A stretch of DNA of 64,000 bases, taken from an uncultured virus (IMG/VR IMGVR_UViG_3300005440_000007) (Duplodnaviria; Heunggongvirae; Uroviricota; Caudoviricetes). The stretch lies in IMG/VR virus record IMGVR_UViG_3300005440_000007; one strand, given 5' to 3'. The translations under genes were made by a program, and so were the position numbers. A model generated the notes under the pieces. That model made no database searches. It saw only the letters and a program-made list of their open reading frames with translations, and was not told the DNA's origin. This document shows, piece after piece, positions 18,968 through 27,630 of this stretch (the stretch's first letter is position 1; every line of letters starts with the position of its first letter).

Positions 18968-19327
18968 CTACACCGGACGCCCAAGAACCTTGAGCTGGAT
19001 CGGCTGCTCTCCGCTGTTGAGGATGATCTTCATGTAGGACCCGGTCGGCTCGAGGCTCACCGAAATGATCTGCTCGCCGTCGGGGCCGGCCGCCGATACG
19101 AGCGTCGTTGTCTTGACGAACGGGCCTGTTCCGGTCGGTCCCTGAAAAACGTCGATCGAGAATGGGGCTCCGGCGAAGGCAAGGAAAAGGATCCGCGCGT
19201 AGCCCTCGACCTTTCGGACCTTGAACTCGATCGTGGCTTCCGCCGGCTCGGTGGCGGAAAGGACGAAGAGCACGTCGTCCTTCTGACGCGTCTGGATCAC
19301 GAAGTTATGGTTTCGTCCGTTCGGCAT
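18968..19327 (-). CDS. Small all-beta protein, candidate jelly-roll penton/vertex protein
   Basis: Alternating hydrophobic strands; lies next to the capsid candidates. Confidence 0.45.
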   Translation of the reverse strand: MPNGRNHNFVIQTRQKDDVLFVLSATEPAEATIEFKVRKVEGYARILFLAFAGAPFSIDVFQGPTGTGPFVKTTTLVSAAGPDGEQIISVSLEPTGSYMKIILNSGEQPIQLKVLGRPV

Positions 19328-19337
19328 CGTCGCCTCG

Positions 19338-20006
19338 TCAATCGCTCGCGATCAAGTAGATCAGGATCGTTCCCACAGACAGGGCGCCGAGCGCTACCAG
19401 GATTCCGGAAGCATCCAGAAGTTCCTTTTCCGAGGGCTCGAGCACCTGCGGAGCCTTCTCCGTCGACACCATCAGGCGCTCCGCCGAATCGCGAAGAGAC
19501 TTGAGATCCTCGACGTAGGAAAGCAGGTGTTCCTCGGCGAGGCCCTCATGACCGCTCGCAATGGGCTCGGAAAGCTGCTTGGCCTGGACTTCCAGGGCTT
19601 CCAGGAGAGATCTCGTTTCGTCCAGAGAAATGTTCACGTCCTCGGACGCGTAGGTAGAAAGCGGTCCGCTCAGGATGCTTCCGGCCACCTCGGCCATGGC
19701 GCGTGCGACAAGAGCCACCTGTTCCGCCAGTTCCCCGGTGGCGAAATCCTGGCCGACGAGAGGAATGCCGACCCGCAGCGCGGGGTCCTGGGACACCTCG
19801 AGCTCCCCGACGAGCCGGTCCGCACGAAGCTTGAGCTCGACGGCCAGCTCGCGCACGATCGAGTCGATCTCGGCGGTCTGATTGGTACGCTCGTATTCGT
19901 TCGAAGGCTGGCCGAGCGCGGGGCCGGTCTGCACCCATCGAGCCGACAGGGGATCTCTCCCCGCCGGCTTGGCCAGGCCCCGGACGACTTCAGGAGGCAT
20001 CCTCAT
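19338..20006 (-). CDS. LGQ-leader helical protein with C-terminal TM
   Basis: PALGQ. Confidence 0.75.
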   Translation of the reverse strand: MRMPPEVVRGLAKPAGRDPLSARWVQTGPALGQPSNEYERTNQTAEIDSIVRELAVELKLRADRLVGELEVSQDPALRVGIPLVGQDFATGELAEQVALVARAMAEVAGSILSGPLSTYASEDVNISLDETRSLLEALEVQAKQLSEPIASGHEGLAEEHLLSYVEDLKSLRDSAERLMVSTEKAPQVLEPSEKELLDASGILVALGALSVGTILIYLIASD

Positions 20007-20010
20007 CGGT

Positions 20011-20649
20011 CTAACAGGTCGACCACACGACCGCTTTCACATGGAAAAGCGCCGGGCTGAAAGGATCGTGGTTTCGAGCGGACAGATCGAAACCGGCCCC
20101 AGGAGCCAGCACGATGCGCCGGACCTGGGAGAAAACGCCCTGATCGCTCGACGATCCGGGACCCGGTTCCCCGGGCGGGCAGAAGGATTCGCTGAAGCCG
20201 GGAAGCTGGAGGGATTTCGAGAAGACTTCCCCGGATTCCCACGCGGTCAGGTTCGCCGCGATTCCCTCGAGAAAGTCGACGACGAGGGAGCGGTGCTGCG
20301 GCGCGCAGAGCTTGATCAGTACTTTCGTGGAGGGAATGATCTCATCGTCCGGATTGTTCGGCTCGGGAGTCGGATTGATCTCAGCTGGAGGGACTTCCAC
20401 CATGTCGTCGAACGACGTCACGATGTCGCAGATGCCCGGGCGGTGGGCGCCGGCGGGCTCGAAAAGCCCCAGCGCGCAGAGGAGGGACACCACGTCACCG
20501 ATGCTGACCGGGTCGGTCTTGAGAGCCCACGGAAGAGTGGGGGACTGCTTGGAGCGTCCGTGGCACCAGGCGCAGTAAACGGCGACGGGGATCTTCGCGC
20601 AGGCAGTGGCCCAGGCGTCGATGCCTTCCTGGACGTTGGGATCTGCCAT
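20011..20649 (-). CDS. Candidate second/minor single-jelly-roll capsid protein
   Basis: C-terminal strands IVLAPGAGFDLSARN...FHVKAVVW parallel those of 20745-21467. Confidence 0.45.
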   Translation of the reverse strand: MADPNVQEGIDAWATACAKIPVAVYCAWCHGRSKQSPTLPWALKTDPVSIGDVVSLLCALGLFEPAGAHRPGICDIVTSFDDMVEVPPAEINPTPEPNNPDDEIIPSTKVLIKLCAPQHRSLVVDFLEGIAANLTAWESGEVFSKSLQLPGFSESFCPPGEPGPGSSSDQGVFSQVRRIVLAPGAGFDLSARNHDPFSPALFHVKAVVWSTC

Positions 20650-20679
20650 CGTGAGGGTCTCCGTCGACTCTGGAGTGAA

Positions 20680-20726
20680 GAGGCTAGGGGAGGGGCGCTA
20701 CACGCGCCCCTCCCCCTTCAAGCCTC
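20680..20726 (-). terminator. Strong hairpin downstream of the major capsid candidate
   Basis: 12-bp perfect stem GGGGAGGGGCGC / GCGCCCCTCCCC. Confidence 0.7.
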
Positions 20727-20744
20727 AGAGTTCACCGCCCTGGA

Positions 20745-21467
20745 CTACCCCAGGTTGGCGGGGCCGTAAGCGGGACCCGCGCCGGGGCCGCTCATCGGCG
20801 CCACCGCGCCCGCCTCGACCGGAGCCGAGAAGGACGGCTGGCAGGGGTAGTTGACCGGGTAGGCGGCCTGCTGCGCGTCGAGCGCGCCGACCGAGAACAG
20901 GCAGCCCTGGCGGACCTTCGTGGTGTAGTTCACGAGGATCACGCCCGCGACGACGTTGAGGTCGCCGCCGCCGGTGGGGATGTTGGACAGCGACGCGTGG
21001 ATCTCGGTGCCGTTGGGCAGGAAGAACATCTGGCACATGCCCAGCAGGCCGAGCTCGCAGTCGCAGCCGATCAGGATCCGCACCTCGTCCGTCGGCTGGC
21101 GCGCGATCAGGCACGCCGGGCAGAGGAGGTGGTTGTTGATCGCCGAGTTCTTGATGACGGGCTCGCCGTCGATGTCGAAGTTGAGCAGCGACGTGACGAA
21201 CTGGCTGGCATAGTCCAGCGTCATGTCGTTGTAGACCTCGACGAACGGCATCACGAACATCTGGGCGTCGCACACCTGGCTCTTGGTGGTGTGGTTCAGG
21301 ATGTCCGTCGCCGCCAGGACGCCGCCGGGGGTGGTGCCGGTCGCGATGACCGTGCGCTGCTTGACGTCGGCGCGGCCCTCGCACCGCATCGCGTAGGCGG
21401 CGCACGCGTTCGGGTTGATCAGCGCCGCGTACTCGGGGCTGATGAAGCGATAGTTGTTGGCCTGCAT
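20745..21467 (-). CDS. Candidate major capsid protein (single jelly roll)
   Basis: Beta-rich, 240 aa, almost all codons G/C-ending, own structured leader and downstream hairpin. Confidence 0.55.
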   Translation of the reverse strand: MQANNYRFISPEYAALINPNACAAYAMRCEGRADVKQRTVIATGTTPGGVLAATDILNHTTKSQVCDAQMFVMPFVEVYNDMTLDYASQFVTSLLNFDIDGEPVIKNSAINNHLLCPACLIARQPTDEVRILIGCDCELGLLGMCQMFFLPNGTEIHASLSNIPTGGGDLNVVAGVILVNYTTKVRQGCLFSVGALDAQQAAYPVNYPCQPSFSAPVEAGAVAPMSGPGAGPAYGPANLG

Positions 21468-21637
21468 AGTGCCCTCAAAGTGAAAAAAGAGAAACCTTGG
21501 GGGTTTTCTTCACGACACGAACTTCACGTCCCGGCGCAGCTAAGGCGGCCACCTCACTTCAGGTGGGCGCTTTCACTGCGCCGACTTCACTTCACTTCGA
21601 CGGCACGTCACTGCGGAGAGGTACTGCGGAGAATGCC
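21468..21637 (-). promoter_or_regulatory. Structured leader with repeated GAAGUG motif
   Basis: CGGCGCAG/CTGCGCCG stem enclosing CCACCU-GAAGUG-AGGUGG. Confidence 0.5.
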
Positions 21638-22336
21638 CTACGCCACGCGCTGCGCGACCACGCGCGGAACGCCGGCGCCGCGGCGCGCTTCGGCGATGCG
21701 GGCCTGGACCTCGGCGAGCTTCCGCCGGGCCGCGAGCACCGCGTCTCCGTTGCCGCCCGCCAGAGCGGGGACCCCGCCCGCCAGCGCGGGCTTCGCGCCG
21801 AGCAGGTTGGTCTTCCCGATCGCCCACTCGGTGAGCGATCCGGCCAGGAAGAAGAGACCCGGCAGAGCCACGCCCACGGTCATGGCGTTCTGCTTCACGA
21901 GGTAGGGGATGAGCCCCACCGCGAAGCCGATCGCCTCCGTGGCGAGCTTCGACTGGGTCTTGACCAGGCCCGGCACGACCCACGTCACGACGCGGTTCGC
22001 GACCGTGCCCACCAGGCCGCCGACCAGGAGATCCTTGCCGGTCTCCCGCAGACTCTGCGGAAGCTTCAGCATATCTCCCAGCTTCCAGTTGCCCGAGCCC
22101 AGGCCGCTCGAGAACCGGTTGGCCCACGACGGCCGATAGCCGCCGTACATGCCGGGGCGGTAGCCGCCCGAGAACCGCGACGACCGCGACCCGCTCGTGA
22201 CGTTGGCGCCCCGAGCCTTGTCGTTCCCGGCCATCCGGATCTGTTCGGCGACTTCCGAGCGGACCTGCGCGGTGCTCTGCGCCACGCGATCCTCGGTGAC
22301 GTTCACGCCACCGTCGCCCTGCAGCTTGTTCTTCAT
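21638..22336 (-). CDS. Candidate major virion membrane/core protein
   Basis: GGAGG RBS; strong codon bias; TM helices and basic tails. Confidence 0.7.
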   Translation of the reverse strand: MKNKLQGDGGVNVTEDRVAQSTAQVRSEVAEQIRMAGNDKARGANVTSGSRSSRFSGGYRPGMYGGYRPSWANRFSSGLGSGNWKLGDMLKLPQSLRETGKDLLVGGLVGTVANRVVTWVVPGLVKTQSKLATEAIGFAVGLIPYLVKQNAMTVGVALPGLFFLAGSLTEWAIGKTNLLGAKPALAGGVPALAGGNGDAVLAARRKLAEVQARIAEARRGAGVPRVVAQRVA

Positions 22337-22388
22337 GCTGCCCTCCAATTACGAGCCGGACGACAGGTCCGACCGTGTTGCGATCAAT

Positions 22389-22417
22389 ATTATGCGGTCC
22401 AACTCCCGGAAAAACAA
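22389..22417 (-). promoter_or_regulatory. Putative promoter of the capsid operon
   Basis: TTGTTT-17-CATAAT. Confidence 0.5.
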
Positions 22418-22429
22418 TCGGAATCGGTT

Positions 22430-23170
22430 TTAGCCGGCAATCATCAGGAGGACCGCCGCAGCGCCCGCGATCGGAAGTCCGACCTTGAGGGCGTCCTCGA
22501 GCCCCGAACTTGCGAGCCCCGCACCGACTTCCTGCGCGCCGGGAGGAAGCTGGTTGTTCGCCGGAGGCGGCGTCGTATTGGTCGGAGGGTTTCCCTGCAG
22601 CGCTTGCTGCACTGCGTTCTTGAGCGGATCTCCGCCCTTCTGCTGCGCCTTGTTGAGAATATTTTCGTTGGCCTTTTTCTCGTCGGCCGATTTCTGCGCG
22701 GGCGTCTTCGTCACGTCCAACGCCTTCTTCACCTCGCCGAAGATGTTTCCGATTCCCTTGAGAAGAAGACCTGGAACGGAGAGGCCGAACTGGATCACGG
22801 CCTTTCCGACGAGAAGCAGCTCCGACGCGAGAACGCCGATGATGGGAATGTTCTTCAGGAATCCGGCCAGTCCGTCGAAGAGGACGCCCACGCCCTTCGA
22901 CGCCAGGTCGAGGGGCACGTTGATGAGCGATGCGAGATTCTTGAAGAGGAACTCGAACGCGCCGGCAAGAAATGACCCCACGCTGGCCAGAAAATCAAGC
23001 TGACCCAGCGTGGGACCGGGTCCATGCGGCCGCGGATATCTCGCCGCCAGAAACGGCCTGTTGCTCGAGGTGAGCGCCCGCCGGGCGCTCCCGAGTTCAA
23101 TCAGCTCGATCGCGCCGAGCCGCACGGGATAGGCTTTTGAAGCCGGCGCCACGGCGTTCTGGAGCATCAC
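22430..23170 (-). CDS. LGQ-leader amphipathic-helix membrane protein
   Basis: PTLGQ; C-terminal TM. Confidence 0.8.
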   Translation of the reverse strand: MMLQNAVAPASKAYPVRLGAIELIELGSARRALTSSNRPFLAARYPRPHGPGPTLGQLDFLASVGSFLAGAFEFLFKNLASLINVPLDLASKGVGVLFDGLAGFLKNIPIIGVLASELLLVGKAVIQFGLSVPGLLLKGIGNIFGEVKKALDVTKTPAQKSADEKKANENILNKAQQKGGDPLKNAVQQALQGNPPTNTTPPPANNQLPPGAQEVGAGLASSGLEDALKVGLPIAGAAAVLLMIAG

Positions 23171-23934
23171 AGCGGCACCTCGTATTCTTCATAGGCGTCG
23201 AAACGCGATTTGTCGCCGAGCCGGAAACTGGGCTCGGTGATGTCGCAGTCGTACCATTCTCCGTCGGCCTGGACCTTGGCCCAGGTGTGGTGGAGAGTTC
23301 CGCCGTCGCCGCCGAAGGCGAAGGCGACGGGCGTGATGTCGATCGCCGCGGCCATCGCGCAGATGATGGTCGCGGCTTCGTCGCAGTCTCCCACGAACAT
23401 CGGCTGCGCCGCGATGGACCGGCGGTCGAAGTTGGGATTCTCCTGCTCGAGAGCGCTGTAGAACGGCTCCATGAAGTGTTCGAGAATTTCCCGCGGCACG
23501 CGCGTGGAACGCACCATGCGCCTGGGCGTCTGGAGCATCTCGATCCCTGCTGGGTCGTTCTGGTAGAAGAAGTTCTGACGGCACCAGATGTCGATCCCCT
23601 CGAGAGCGATCGTCTTGTTGTTGTGGACGTCGATGGGACGACCTTCTTCCTCGGAAAGCTGCTGGACGATTTTGGCCCAGCGGGATGCCGCCTGGCGCGC
23701 GGCGTCGATGACGACCGGATCCCGGCGGGCTTCGGCCACGTACTTCGCCATGCGCCCGATCTCAAACCGGATCCCGTCGAAAGTATCCGGGAGGGCGGTG
23801 CGGATGATTCTTCCCTCGCCGGGAGCTGGGGCGTCGATCGCCTTTCGGCGCTCGCTCGTGTAAAGCGGCGGCGTGGTGATTGCCCGGCCCAGCCGGTAAG
23901 ACATCCCATAACGTCCGGCCAAATGATGAGCCAT
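23167..23934 (-). CDS. Transglutaminase-like Cys-His-Asp enzyme (protease or cross-linker)
   Basis: GDCDE, HHTW and WYDCD motifs. Confidence 0.8.
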   Translation of the reverse strand: MAHHLAGRYGMSYRLGRAITTPPLYTSERRKAIDAPAPGEGRIIRTALPDTFDGIRFEIGRMAKYVAEARRDPVVIDAARQAASRWAKIVQQLSEEEGRPIDVHNNKTIALEGIDIWCRQNFFYQNDPAGIEMLQTPRRMVRSTRVPREILEHFMEPFYSALEQENPNFDRRSIAAQPMFVGDCDEAATIICAMAAAIDITPVAFAFGGDGGTLHHTWAKVQADGEWYDCDITEPSFRLGDKSRFDAYEEYEVPL

Positions 23935-23947
23935 GGCGCTTCCTCTG

Positions 23948-26158
23948 TTAGGCCGCGTTGACGGTCACCTCAGGCTTCGGCTCCTCCGCCGACACTTCGG
24001 CCTGAAGGGCCGGAGCGGGCGGAATCGTCGGACCCTGCGACTCCTGCTGTGGCTGCTGCTCCACCTGCTCGATCTGCGGAGCACTCGGCATCGCGGGCTG
24101 AATGCCCTGCTTCGCCGCTTCCACTTCCGCCTGCTTCTGGGCGAAGTACATCTTCCAGTAGTCGCGCACGCTCTCGACCACCATCATCTTGAACTGATTA
24201 TAGAAGACTTCGGCGTGCGGCGTTTCGAAGATCGGATGGAGATTCTGCGGAATTGCGGGCTTGAGGAAATCGTACATCTCGGCCCAGGTCCTCGTGGACA
24301 TCTCGTCGACGAAGTAGCTGCAGGCCTTCCGGATCTTGAGCGCCTCGACGGTGCCGTCGTCGCGCATCAGCTCCATGAACATGTTGGAGAAGACGCCGGC
24401 GTCGTTCCCCGCCTGAAGCTGCTTGGACCACTTGGAGATCATGTTGACGAAGACCGGCTCGCGCGCGAGCTGGCGGATCACCATCTCGGGGGTCTGCTCC
24501 TGGCCGTCGGGTCCGACGACCGTCTGCTGTGCGGGATGACCGTTGCCGGTCTTGGGCCCCTGCATCGCAGCGGGCGGTTCCGGCGTCTTCTGGGAGATTA
24601 GGCCCGGAGCCTGGGTGACGTTCGCCGGCGCGCCGGGCTGGGCCGACGGAGTGCCGCCCGCCGCCTTGGCGAGATGCTGCTCGGCGCTCACGGCTTCGAT
24701 CTTCTTGAGGTCGACGACCTCCTTGACGGTGCGTTCGATGCCCTCGACCAGCTTCGTGAGCACCTTGGAGATGTCCTCGTTCTGCTGGCCCTTGACGAGC
24801 TCCTCGCGCAGCTTGAGCATGTCTTCCTTGAGCTTCTGCTCGTTGTCGAGGTGCTTCTCCTTGAGCTCGTGCTCGCGCTTGAGGCCTTCGCGCTCCTTTT
24901 CGAGTTCGGCCTTGACGGAAGCCTGAACGGCCTCGATATTTTCCTCGTTCTCCTCCTTGGTCTCCTTGAGTTGCGTCATGAACGTCGCGCGATCCTCCTT
25001 CGCCTCGGCACGGGCCCGATCGAGTTCTGCCTTGAGGGCGTCCTCGCGGATCTTCGCCTCTTCGCGCATGAGGGCGAGACGCTGCTTCTCGAGTTCCATG
25101 ATGCCGTTGCGGGCCTCGCGCTCCTGGGCGATCCGCGCATCGTTCTCGATCTTGATCCGTTCCATGTCCCGCTTGTGCTGGGCCTCGCGCTCCTGCTCGC
25201 GACGGTCGTACTCGGCACGCTCGGCCTTCCGCTCCTCGTCGCGGCGGGCACGCTCCTGGGCTTCACGCTTTTCGGCGGCAGCCTGCTGCTCCTTGAGGAA
25301 GTCGGTGACGACCGACTGCGGCTCGCGCTCGCGGTCGCGCTCCTTCTCCATGCGGTCCATCTGCTTCTCATTGATCTCGGCCAGCTTGTTGACCGCGGTG
25401 ACCGCGATCGACTCCTGGGCGGAGAGGCCGGTGCGGGCGACGTCGGCCACCTGCCGGTTTTCCGGCTGATAGGAGCGCACGTCCATCTGCGGACGATAGA
25501 ACGGACGCGGCGGCAGGCGATCGTCGTCTTCGGGCGTTTCGGCGCGACCCGCGAGGAACCGGCTCGGACGCTGCTGAGAATCGGGACGACGATTCGGATA
25601 GCGCGGCTCGCCGTACTGGAGTGAGATGATGATGTCGCGATACGTAGGGAGCTTCGTCCCTTCGCGCCGCACAATCCTGTAGGTGCCCGAGCCGAATCTC
25701 TTTCCGATCTCGTCTTCGGTGGGCTCGGTCTGCGTGACTTCAAGGACTCCGTCTCGAGGCTCGATGCGTTCGAGCTTGTATTCGATCTGCTGCGTGGGGT
25801 GGGTGAATCCGTCCGCCGCGCCGATCATCGGACGCCAGCCCTGATCATCGAGAGCCGAAGGCGCGACAGGCGCAGGAGCGCCGATCGGAACGGGTGCAGG
25901 AGACGGGTTCATGGAGCCCTCCGGTTGAGAAACCTTGGGAGGAAAAAGAGAGGGACCGGCCGGACGCTGCGGCGGGGGACGCCTGGTTCCTTCGGCGGAA
26001 CCGGGCAGCTGCCCCTGCCGGACGGCATAGCTGATGGATCCGGAAACACGAAGAGGGTCGATGTTGAGTTGCTTGCCGATCTCCTTTGGCGCCATGCCCT
26101 GACCGGCAAGTTCCACGATCTTCTCGCGCTGTTCGGATGTCAGCTTATTCTTCGGCAC
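23948..26158 (-). CDS. HTH plus long coiled-coil protein
   Basis: N-terminal HTH LTSEQREKIVEL..PKEIGKQLNI; E/R/K-rich coil; GTG after GGAGG. Confidence 0.8.
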   Translation of the reverse strand: MPKNKLTSEQREKIVELAGQGMAPKEIGKQLNIDPLRVSGSISYAVRQGQLPGSAEGTRRPPPQRPAGPSLFPPKVSQPEGSMNPSPAPVPIGAPAPVAPSALDDQGWRPMIGAADGFTHPTQQIEYKLERIEPRDGVLEVTQTEPTEDEIGKRFGSGTYRIVRREGTKLPTYRDIIISLQYGEPRYPNRRPDSQQRPSRFLAGRAETPEDDDRLPPRPFYRPQMDVRSYQPENRQVADVARTGLSAQESIAVTAVNKLAEINEKQMDRMEKERDREREPQSVVTDFLKEQQAAAEKREAQERARRDEERKAERAEYDRREQEREAQHKRDMERIKIENDARIAQEREARNGIMELEKQRLALMREEAKIREDALKAELDRARAEAKEDRATFMTQLKETKEENEENIEAVQASVKAELEKEREGLKREHELKEKHLDNEQKLKEDMLKLREELVKGQQNEDISKVLTKLVEGIERTVKEVVDLKKIEAVSAEQHLAKAAGGTPSAQPGAPANVTQAPGLISQKTPEPPAAMQGPKTGNGHPAQQTVVGPDGQEQTPEMVIRQLAREPVFVNMISKWSKQLQAGNDAGVFSNMFMELMRDDGTVEALKIRKACSYFVDEMSTRTWAEMYDFLKPAIPQNLHPIFETPHAEVFYNQFKMMVVESVRDYWKMYFAQKQAEVEAAKQGIQPAMPSAPQIEQVEQQPQQESQGPTIPPAPALQAEVSAEEPKPEVTVNAA

Positions 26159-26233
26159 CTCTACCTCCAATAATGAACGCGAGGTCGATCCTCGGGTTCT
26201 ACCACCACTCCACCTTCAAGGTCAAGCCTCACT

Positions 26234-26518
26234 TCAGTCGACAAGGTCGATGAAGAGGAAGGTGAGGCCCACTCCAACGACGCTGGCGGCTGCCCCGAAC
26301 GTCAGGGCGCCGAAGGGTTTCGAACGATGCGAATAGGTGGTGAGGGCAAGCGCCACGCCCGCGCCGATCACGGCAAGGTTGACCCATCTTGGCCACCAGG
26401 GGGTTGTCTTTTCGGCGACGATCCCCTGGCCGAGATTCGGCCTGAAGCTGTGAGCCATGCGGGGCGGCCTGAACGAGGCGAGATACGGCCCCGGCACATA
26501 GACCGGAACGGTGACCAC
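26234..26518 (-). CDS. LGQ-leader 2-TM protein
   Basis: RPNLGQ. Confidence 0.7.
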   Translation of the reverse strand: MVTVPVYVPGPYLASFRPPRMAHSFRPNLGQGIVAEKTTPWWPRWVNLAVIGAGVALALTTYSHRSKPFGALTFGAAASVVGVGLTFLFIDLVD

Positions 26519-26625
26519 GGTTGGATTCTAGCTCACCAGGTCCGAACAAGCAAGCCGAACCTCAGAGCTATCAGGCCTTTGATCCGGGGTCGGAACCAGG
26601 CTCAGGAGGTTCGAAAGAATGAGGC

Positions 26626-26886
26626 TCAAGCCCCGTCTCTCTCCCTCTGGAAATCCGGCAGTTCAGCCCACATGACCGCCTTGTCGACGGCTTCCTTGAG
26701 CTTCTTGACCTCCCCGGCGCTGAACCTCTCGTTGTAGGTCTTCTTGACCGCGGAAAGGGGAAAGGGCAGCTCCACCTCGAGCTCGACATGGCCGTCCTTG
26801 TACCCGTACTTTGCCTTCACCTTCTCGCTGAAGGCGACCTCATACGGAGGCCCCATCTTGATCTCGGGCTTCGTCGCGCTGCTCAT
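26626..26886 (-). CDS. Hypothetical protein
   Basis: AAGGAG RBS; ATGA overlap. Confidence 0.7.
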   Translation of the reverse strand: MSSATKPEIKMGPPYEVAFSEKVKAKYGYKDGHVELEVELPFPLSAVKKTYNERFSAGEVKKLKEAVDKAVMWAELPDFQRERDGA

Positions 26887-27587
26887 CGCCGGACTCCTTG
26901 CTTGAACGTCGTTTTCCTGCCCTCCCTCCACATCTCGATCGACCGCCCGAGGGGCAGGGAGCCGGGCCAGACGATCTCGCCAGGACATCCTTCGGCGGAA
27001 CAGTCCGCACGAAGGAGGGTAAGCGCCTCTTTACCGGTCGACTCGTGGTCGTACCGGACCTGCTCGATGGCCTCCTCGATCGCGCGCCGCGCGTCCTCGA
27101 CCGAGTCGTAGGTGAACTTTCCAACCTCCTCGATCGCCCCGCCATAATAACCAAGGATGTCGCGCGGCCGGTAGGCGGCGCCATCCTTGATCAGTTCTTC
27201 AGCATCGAAGACAAAGCCGTTCGGGAAGTTGTACCAGTCTCCGATCGACAAAAAGATGCGCTCGAAATCCCCGGCGATCAGATCCAGGCAGTTGAACATC
27301 GTGTGCGTCGTGCCCTTTTCCGGCAACAACGAGATCTTCTCGTTGGCCATGATCGTAAGTGCCTCCCTCGCCTCGGGACCGAAGCGACCGCGAGAGAGCT
27401 CTCGAATGCTGTGGGCACCCTGAGCTTCTTCGGTAAAGCACTCGTTGTACATCTCTCGACGCTGAACACGCTCGATCGCGGGAATGATCTCTCCGAGCCT
27501 GAGGATCTGCGCGAGGAAAGTTTTTCGCTCGGCGGGTGTCTTGTCGTCCCCGCCGACCTGGTGGTAGGCTTTGATGAGCTTCGCCAT
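26883..27587 (-). CDS. Possible ADP-ribosyltransferase-fold protein
   Basis: AYH...IL.LG.I.P...IFLS...EIVW layout. Confidence 0.45.
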   Translation of the reverse strand: MAKLIKAYHQVGGDDKTPAERKTFLAQILRLGEIIPAIERVQRREMYNECFTEEAQGAHSIRELSRGRFGPEAREALTIMANEKISLLPEKGTTHTMFNCLDLIAGDFERIFLSIGDWYNFPNGFVFDAEELIKDGAAYRPRDILGYYGGAIEEVGKFTYDSVEDARRAIEEAIEQVRYDHESTGKEALTLLRADCSAEGCPGEIVWPGSLPLGRSIEMWREGRKTTFKQGVRR

Positions 27588-27630
27588 GAACCCTCGGATT
27601 GTAGCACGGGTTCTTGTAGAATCCATCCTG

